Part shown: positions 55,016 through 64,000 of the stretch, piece by piece
How positions within the stretch are numbered: the stretch's first letter is position 1
Layout: each line of letters starts with the position of its first letter
DNA from: Octopus vulgaris
Lineage: Eukaryota
Direction: 5' to 3'
Assembly: GCA_951406725.2 (NCBI GenBank)
Contig: OX597814.1
Coordinates: forward strand, 173,104,001 to 173,168,000
Length of the DNA stretch: 64,000 bases
Translations under genes and position numbers: made by a program
Notes under the pieces: model-generated
What the model saw: the letters and a program-made list of their open reading frames with translations, nothing else
Database searches by the model: none
Told to the model about the DNA's origin: nothing

Positions 55016-56777
55016 AGAGGTTCTTACATGCTGAATTCATACCCAACCGAGACCAACATTGGACTTTGATCATTTCTAGGTCTGTCAAACAACACCAGCT
55101 AAACACAGAGAACGGCGGTTTCATCTCACCTTTCTTCAAATTTCTAGGATTGCGCAGATTAGATTTTATTATATATGTATTATATCATTAAAAAAATAGC
55201 ACTGACCAGCAAACAAATTGTTTTCTGAAACTATAAACAACGGTCTGGATTCTTCTGGTTAACGAGAGACATATCGAAAGAACGGGGTCCCAGAATCCCT
55301 TGCACCAATAATTCGAGTTTGTTTTGAATACATAGTCTTCGTAAAACGGAAAAAAAACTGCTCTCTTGTGACTTACACAAGAGCGATTAGCATATTTGTG
55401 TTCGAATCTGCCAGAACGTATTAAGATTAAAAATGGAAGTCATCGGTTTATTTTGGCTGTAATGTTCGTATTCAATTGTACGATTTTACACTTGTTTTGT
55501 TGTTGCTGTTGACATTGTTGTTCAATTCGTTGGTTGTGTCATGAATAAAATAGCTATAATGACAAGCTAATTTTTAAAAACACCACACATAACCAAAGTT
55601 GTAATTTTTTTTTAAAAAATACAAATTAATGAATTAATAAATAGACTGGTAACTTCCTAAAAAATAAATTTAAACTGTCAGAAAATAAATCGAATTAATA
55701 AGTAAGAATGTACATGAAAGAGTCATTTCGTCAAATTTACTGTTATCTATTTTTATTTATCTCACTCCACTCGTTCCATCTCATCCCCCTTTTATTCCTT
55801 TCAATCAATCAACGGTGTTTATATATTTCTATTCCACAACAACATAAAAATTCATTAAACAATAAATAAATAAATATCGAAAATAATTTTTAAAAATATG
55901 ATTATCTGCAAATTAAATACATTAATAAATAAGCGAGTAAATGAAAAAAAAAATGATTGCATTTCATCTCACTCTACCACATTCTCTCTCGCGCGCTCTC
56001 TCTCTCTCTCCCTCTCTCTCTCATATTCACAAACACACACACACATACACTCACACATTTTCTGTCTGTGTATTTCGATTCATCGCCAATATTTTCTATC
56101 AAAATCTCATACTTCCGTGAATATAATATATTCTATTATGTATATTTCCTATACAAAATATTTTTAAAAATTAACAAAATAAAAACAAGAATAAAATTTA
56201 AATACATTGGAAATGAATAAACGAATTAAAAAGAAACACTAATTCTGAAAAAGAAGACAGAATTAATCCATGAATTTATCTATCGTTCTCTCGTCTCTTT
56301 CTTCAACACCCTTCTTAACAAGGTGTCGTCTGCTTTCTTTGAAAAAAAAAATTTACATTTGAAACATCGTATTGTCTGTCGTCCATATCTCACAACTTCA
56401 ATATTCACCTGAAGTATTTTTCGTTCTAATCTAGTTTATAGGGAAAACATTACAGATAAAATTAATTTTCCATTCGTTTTTCATTTTGTATTTTTGTCAT
56501 TTTTCATCAGTTTATCTGTTGCTATCATCATTCTTGTTGATGTTGATATTATTCTTAAAATTTCTTAGTCTTTACGATTTTTATTTGTACGTCAATGCCA
56601 TTTTGTATCTATAACTTACCTCATTTCATTCATTTGACATCTAATACTCTGTGTGAGAGAGAGAGAAAGAGAGAGAGAAAAGAGAGAAAGAGAGAGAGTG
56701 TTTGTGTGTGCTTCTGTTATATGTGCATTCATAAAAAGTAGCACACATTACCAATTTACATAAACACACACATATTC

Positions 56778-56810
<33 letters not shown>

Positions 56811-56833
56811 TGAGCACACACACATATATACAT

Positions 56834-56884
<51 letters not shown>

Positions 56885-57325
56885 ACACACGAGTACACAT
56901 ATATATATATACATTTATATATATATGCACATACATATATATGCATGTATATATATATATATATATATATATGATACACACATACACACATACATATATA
57001 TGTGTGTGTGCGTATGTGTGTGTGTGTATGTATGTGTGTGTATGTGTGTGTGTTTGTGTGTGTGTCCCTGTGCGTGTGCTCACATGCACACACATAAGCA
57101 TAACACACGCAATAACTCACACATAATCACTTTGTTTATCATTTATTTGGCATTTATAGTCTGGAAGTTTGACTGACATCCATTTTTTCACAGATGAACA
57201 CACACAGACACAAAGATAATGCAGTCACGCATTCCATGGAGATACACACACACACCCAAACACGCACGCATACATACATGCATACATACATACAAACATA
57301 CGTTTGTAATGTCAGTATGTATATA

Positions 57326-57371
<46 letters not shown>

Positions 57372-57374
<3 letters not shown>

Positions 57375-57606
57375 TTTATTTAAAGCAGCAGAAAATTCAA
57401 CAAAATCTGTTACTCTGAGTTTCTCGTAGCCGTTCATCAGACAGTTTTTGTTAGAAAGTACAAAAACTGTCTGATGAACGGCAACGAGAAACTCAGAGTA
57501 ACAGATTTTGTTGAATTTTCTGCTGCTTTAAATAAAGCATATTACTCTACCACTGGTATTTGAGTACTCTTTTTTCCACCTTGTTTCACATTTATTTGTT
57601 TACTCC

Positions 57607-57609
<3 letters not shown>
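57372..57609. mobile_element. Asymmetric palindrome with two divergent hammerheads with canonical CUGAUGA core (57407-57444 minus; 57467-57504 plus)
   Basis: CTGT-CTGATGA-ACGGCAACGA-GAAA-CTCAGA-GTA-ACAG on + and a near mirror image on -; flanked on both sides by (TA)n. Confidence 0.78.
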
Positions 57610-57664
<55 letters not shown>

Positions 57665-59814
57665 TATATACATACATATATACACAAACATGCATATCTA
57701 TATGTAAGTATATATGTACATATATATATACATATACGTATATGACATATATGCGCATCTCTTGGGTGTGTGCGTATGCATCGCACACACACATACACAC
57801 ATACACATACGTTTATATACAGGCGTGGCTGTGTGGTAAGAAATTTGCCTCCCAACACATGGTTTCGGGTTCATTCTCACTGCATGGCTCCTTGATAGAC
57901 GTACACTGAAAGAAGACCTTCTTGCGTATGTGTGTCTGCGCGCGCGCCTGCGTCTGTTTTGCAACTGTGATGGGGGAAAACTCAGTCACACCGATATACC
58001 GGAGTAGTAGAATTACCACAAAAGGGTTCTGTCTATGAAATACCATTTGATTCTGTTTCAATAATGTCCTTAAAATTTTAAAGATAACGGTGTGTATTTT
58101 AAGAGAGATTTAGCTATTTCTTCTAGTTGACACATGCGCAATCGCTTTCCTGTTTAGCCCCAAGTTCACTTAAATTGAGAAGACTTAAGGTTAAAATCGT
58201 TCTAGCCATAGTTATCATTATGTCATAGTTTACCTCAGACTACAATATCCAAAATACTATTCCTGTTTTGAATCACAAGCCTTTTCTTGCAGGTTGAGTG
58301 ACCACAGAAAGCTTTTCCCTCTAATTATCTTGCAAATAATCTCCTAAGGACAATAGAAATCATAAGCTATCGGTAACTAACCCGGTTTACAAATAACCAA
58401 GCAGAAAATACAGGCAATAATATTTTAAAATATACGCCAACCGTTAAAAATTATAGTCATTTCTCTCTCCTATTCCGAAAATAGTATTTTAAAATTAGCT
58501 TAACCATTATTCCTTCCAATAACATCCGAAAATTTCATTACAAACCATTCTTTAATTATAGAAGCTTACCTTAAGCTTGTTTTTAAAGTTCGAGTTCGAT
58601 ATTAAGTACTAGATGAACACTGGGGTCTCTGTAATCCCACGAAACGCAGACTGTTGGTTTCGAATCGCTTCCAATCTACAACACTCTAAGCAAATAAATG
58701 TATTTTGCCAAAGTTTCAAATCGGACAAAGTTTTGTAAATGAAATCTGATAGACAGAAACTATGTAACAACATGTCGGAAGAAACGTTTCAGTTTTTGGT
58801 GGCCTAATTAATCGGTCTCCCGTTTTGGTACTCAGCAACCTGACTTTTGTATGCTGGTAACGGTGTCTCTTTAAAGCGTTCGAAAAACCTGGTCTCCGTT
58901 CTGAGGATAACTTACTCTCTTCTCTCTTCCTTCCGCCAATAAAGGATAATGAACAGCACTGTATCTTCTCTTAATCAGCCGTTGAAACAAAATCACACAT
59001 ACAAACAGGACAAGAAAAGAAAAAAAGATAAATAGTACAGCTCATGTAAACGATTAGCAAATCGTTAATATACGTATTTCCTTTCATATGAAAAAGAAAT
59101 GTATTTTCCTTCTGTATAAGCAACTAATATATTAGTCGATTAGTATTTCAATCGAATTTGACAAGGTAACGGTCTATCCCAGACTTTTGCTATTATATGG
59201 CAACACAGTAATGATTGCGTATCAATTTTAACTATACATTATCTTTTATCGTCAGTTCGCTTTGGGAATATTTTCTCGTTCCCAGTCTTCCTTATAAGAA
59301 GCGTTTCGTAATTTCCTTTTAATTCCGACACGGTGCAAAAGCCAAGGAAATCAACAGACCGTTGTTTTATAGGAAAACGGTGTCAAATGTGAGATTTACT
59401 AGAAAGATATACAAATTGTGCAGCTGTCATTTTACATTGTCTCTTCTGATAATTATTCATTGATCTGAGAAATCAAAGAACGCCAGAGAGTATTGAGATA
59501 CGCGGCTTTCGTGGATCGAAAAATGCCATTGAAAATTTTCTTTGCATTTCTGCTAGGACCGTTTTGATAAAAGCTAGTCTTATTGTCTTATTAAGTTCAC
59601 TTCTAATTACACGAACATACAATCGCACGTGTCCACACACACGTACACATACGCTCGCGCATGCACATATATCTATCAGTGACTTACCACTATAGTTTAT
59701 TACTACCACTCTAATACTATTATTACCACTACCACCCCGTCACCCTCACCGCCGCCACCACCTTCACCACCACCACCACCACCACCACCACCACCACCAC
59801 CACTACTACTACTG

Positions 59815-59868
<54 letters not shown>

Positions 59869-59994
59869 ATGCAGCAGCATCAAGAAACGTACAACGAAAA
59901 ATTTGCTAGTAGGCTTTCATTTTTCCTCTAGATGTTCATAAAATATATTGTGACACTGTCGACTAAAAACATGACTTGATATTTAATCTATATA

Positions 59995-60525
59995 AGGCAG
60001 CGAGTAGGCCGAATTATTAGTACGCCGGATTAAATGCTTAATTGCATTTCGTCCGTTTTTGAACGCTCTCAGTTCAAATTCCACCAGGCTCTACCTTACT
60101 TTTCATAAGTTCAGGTTCGATATACTTAGTGCCAAAATCCGAAACGAACATTTTATGTATATATATATATATATTAATCGAAGTGTACGGTATTATATAT
60201 CTATCACGGCCGATCTTACCAATCGGTCTCGCATTAGGGTTTCAACGGAGTGTTAGGTAATAGTCCGATTATGCAACCCTGCGCTCTTCAGAGGTAGCCG
60301 TTATGGAATATGCCAATGAGCTGGCAAAATCGTTAGCACACCAGGCAAAATGCTTAGTGGTATTTCGTCCGTCTGCACGTTCTAATTTCAAATTCCGCCG
60401 AGGTTGACTTTGCATTTCCCGTTTTCGGCGTCGATAAAATAAGTACCAGTTGATCGCTAGGGTCGATGTAATCAACTTACTTTTCCCGCGAAATTGTTGC
60501 CTTCTTCCAAAATGTGAAACCAACA
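59995..60525 (+). mobile_element. Two SINE family A copies (59995-60135, 60315-60525) flanking the degenerate hammerhead
   Basis: Family A head and body motifs. Confidence 0.65.
60207..60300 (-). ncRNA. Degenerate type I hammerhead (GAAA>GAGA)
   Basis: CGGCT..CT-CTGAAGA-GCG.AGGGTT..CGGA/TCCG..AACCCT..TGC-GAGA-CC GATT GG-TA-AG..GGCCG; near a short (TA)n. Confidence 0.5.
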
Positions 60526-60785
60526 ATTAATGTATATCGTCCAAAGTGCAAATGTTACCACCAACAACATTGGCATATCAGAATCGTTTCATTCGCTCAA
60601 TATCCTTACGGCACCGGAGACCGATTCTTTCGTCGCCTCAGCAAATCAGTTGAACCGATTCAAAGACTGAAGGAATTTTCATGAAGTTGTTCTTTCACAT
60701 CCTCTACGCATTTTCATATTCTTTATTCCATTCTAATTTTCATCCACCGCCACCACCACACCTAATACTAATACTGCTGCTTCTG

Positions 60786-60824
<39 letters not shown>

Positions 60825-60831
60825 ACTACTA

Positions 60832-60908
<77 letters not shown>

Positions 60909-60912
60909 CAAC

Positions 60913-60943
<31 letters not shown>

Positions 60944-60945
60944 TA

Positions 60946-60987
<42 letters not shown>

Positions 60988-61405
60988 TCGCTGCAGACGG
61001 AAATACTTTAATATTATATTCAAACATATTCACACACACACATATATATGTATGTGTGCGTGTATGTGTTTGTGTATATATATATATATATATGTGTGTA
61101 TGTGCGCGCCCATGTGTGTGTATGTATATACATAACGTGTTTGTAAACACGGGATATATATATGCCAGCAAGTATATATGTATATGCGCGCGCGAGCACA
61201 CACATGTATGTTTATACACACATCCCACACACGAACACACACAACTGCAAACACACACACACAGAGAGATTCATACACACGCACACATGTATATCTGATA
61301 TACATATGCTTTGTATGTATCCATGTGTATGCATGTTCGAGTCTGACTGTATGTATCTTCATCTGCCCCTGTTTTTGAAGGCAAACGTGTGTGTCTATGT
61401 GTGTT

Positions 61406-61445
<40 letters not shown>

Positions 61446-61499
61446 TTTATGTGTGTGTGTATGAACTTTTACATCTACGTGTACTACTTTGTACTACTT

Positions 61500-61690
61500 T
61501 GTGCGGCGAGAATGTGGATAGCTGTCTATTTGTCTATTGTAGAAGATAGCTTTGTTGTAATACCACCCGCCTCGATTCTTTTACTTCCTCTGGTATTCTT
61601 TTGTGATGTCAGTCTATCTACGTTCGCATGTGGCTTCATCACGCTCCGCTGTTGGCAAACCATTCCGATTTGATCGAGGTATCTGTTGGT
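61500..61690 (-). pseudogene. Possible RTE-like reverse transcriptase scrap
   Basis: RSNRNGL..., KRIPEEVKE, IHILAA in broken frames. Confidence 0.3.
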
Positions 61691-62025
61691 TTCGTATTCC
61701 AGTTTTTTTTCAAAACATCTGAGGAAGGCATCAACAAAAACAAAAAATTATAAAATGAAAATGATTACGATGATTATGATAACGATGATGAAGCTGCGAG
61801 TTATGACGATGATTATATTGATGATGATCGTGCTGGTAGTGATAGTGATAGTGATGGTTATCGTGTTGCCAGTCGTGGTGTTTTTTCGAGCCTGAGTTCA
61901 TAATACGAATGATAATAATGTTAGTGATGATGACGAGAATGATGATAAATTGCAGATGGAAGATGAGGAAATGGAAGTAGGAGTAAAACACTGTTTTTCT
62001 TACTCTTTATCCTCCGTCTTATTAT

Positions 62026-62268
62026 CTATTTCTTTACTACCCACAAGGGGATAAACACAGAAGGGACAAACAAGGACAGACAAACGGATTAAGTCGATTA
62101 TATCGAAACCCCTCCCCCCCTTGTGCGTAACTGGTACTTAATTTATCGATCCCGAAAGGATGAAAGGCAAAGTCGACCTCGGTGGAATTTGAACTCAGAA
62201 CGTAACGGCAGACGAAATACGGCTACGCATTTCGCCCGGTCTGCTAACGTTTCTGCCAGCTCGCCGCC
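62026..62268 (-). mobile_element. SINE family A, near full length
   Basis: High similarity to 35347-35579. Confidence 0.85.
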
Positions 62269-63589
62269 TCCGCCCTATTATTGTCATCATCATCGTCGTC
62301 TTCGTTTTCGTCGCCGCTGTCACCGCCGTCGTCGTCGTCATCGTCATCGTCGCTATCGTCATAATCATTTCTTAAATCCCATTTGATAAGCACTAATAAG
62401 AGGTCCGTACGTTGTTGCTCTACCTGCTAGAAATAGTGATAACAATTTCTGCATTTGATGCTGTACCATCTTCAAAATATGATTGAGTCGTTGGCTAACA
62501 GGAAATTAGTTATACTATATAAGAAGCGAAAGTTCTGGTCGGTGCGGCTGTAAAGTTTTTGATCTACTCGACCGGTTTCACTAAACAAAAATTATCATCA
62601 TGGTCAACACAGTCATCAGTATTACCATCATCATACTAATCCCATCATCATCATCATCATCATCACCATCATCATCATCATATCCTCGTCATCACCTCAT
62701 CATCATTATCGAACACCGCCTTCATAATACAAAGGAAAGGGTGGTCAGCAGCAGTAGTATGGGGGCATGCGCTGTAACAGTAACCCGCTGCATGCACCAT
62801 ATGTTGGCGATTTCCTACTCCTGGCGGATGACACCTTTGTGCCACTCAGGTAACAACCTTCCAACCCATGGGACTGTTTTGGGTACTCGTTGGTCGGATT
62901 ACCATTCCTACCCCAACCTCTTTTAGTCGCCTTTTGAGGATATGAAGAGGAGTCTATTCTTTGACATGCCGGTCCCCACACAACGTAAAATCAAGTGTTT
63001 TGCTCAAGAACACATCAATGTTCGAGAATCGAAGCCGCGACCTGCAGATCATGAATGCAATGCCCTAACCACTAAGCCACTTGTCTTTACAAGTATGATC
63101 TATGTTAAATTATAAAAATTTATGGAAATAAAGAAATCCCACATTTTTGTTGACTGATCTGTCTAATATCCAGGGTAGTACCAGCCACTCTGCTTCTCTC
63201 AAGTGATGTTTTTTTCCCTGGGTGTGTGATGCTTTCATCTCAGTTTGACGGGGTAAGAAAGCAAACCGGGGACGGAGGACGCTAGGGTACTCAACAGAGA
63301 TGGACAATTAGACATTTTTCCTCCAGTCACTCGTCCTTACTCGCTTTCTGCAGGTATATGAACTGGAGCAGCAATTTCTAAGTTTATTACTAATTTGACA
63401 AACGTCATCACTGGAAAATGAGTCAGAACATGTGGTGTTTCATAAAAACGATTTGCATCTCTCGAACCGGAAAAAAAATATTACATTCTGAACTCCTCTG
63501 GTGCTGCAAGCGTTGTAAAGAAAACCAGCAGTATCAAGGTTCCTATTAATGCATCATTTAGTGCAGTCTCCTGAGAGAAATGCCTTCTA

Positions 63590-63835
63590 CGTGGGTCAGC
63601 CTAAATGTTCATAGGCTGACCAAAATACTCTTATGGAATGTAATCAAGTGTACTTTATTTTTCAACATAGACCCAGTAGCGGTCCACACACTTCTTCCAT
63701 CAGTGTTACTGTGTTTGGTGTAAAAGCTTTCATCCTATTGGTCAAAATTTATCAACAGCAGTTATGACGTCATCATCACTGCGATACTGGTTCCCAGGTA
63801 AGTGTTTTTTCAAGTCAGGTAACATGAGTAACAAC
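63590..63835 (-). mobile_element. Mariner transposase C-terminal relic with terminal repeat
   Basis: PDLKKHLPGNQYRSDDDVITAVDKF...WKKCVDRYWVYVEK*; ends at TA. Confidence 0.65.
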
Positions 63836-64000
63836 AGGTGAGCGTCTGCACTGTGAATCCCTCAACAGTATCTCCATAGCGGCATTTTGTAGGTTCCTTG
63901 TTTTCTTTCTTGTTTTACTTCAATTGAAGCTGGAAAATTGTAATAGAAGGATTTTTAAAAAATTATTTTCAAAAATCTTATTCGCACTATCAGTGAATTA

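Noticed and set aside
62905-62982. Possible RTE 5' end with HDV-like ribozyme (GGCGACTAA motif, minus strand)
   Set aside because: Could not build the nested double pseudoknot by eye; needs a descriptor search.

Overview
AT-rich, repeat-saturated eukaryotic DNA with no intact protein-coding gene. The SINE families and the (TA)n/(ATAG)n/(ATAC)n/(AAT)n microsatellite load look like a cephalopod (Octopus-type) intronic or intergenic region; this is an inference from repeat content. Almost all ORF-track entries are microsatellite artefacts. Recognisable parts are three tRNA-headed SINE families, Tc1 and mariner relics, non-autonomous Helitron-like elements, three R4/Dong-type non-LTR 3' fragments, RTE LINE scraps and a decayed Penelope-like (GIY-YIG) element. 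The main discovery is a dense population of type I hammerhead-ribozyme (HHR) motifs, read and folded by eye. A ~487-bp non-coding unit is repeated four times in tandem plus an inverted 1.2 copy (23493-25940). Each unit carries a complete HHR, and the units alternate between two alleles (ABAB). A distantly homologous ~471-bp HHR dimer at 17.4-18.3 kb keeps the same stems by compensatory change. Several further small HHR-bearing palindromes or pLTR-like pieces sit in (TA)n tracts. Together they look like a retrozyme / Penelope-dependent self-cleaving, possibly circular RNA system. All structures are manual predictions and need covariance-model and biochemical confirmation.
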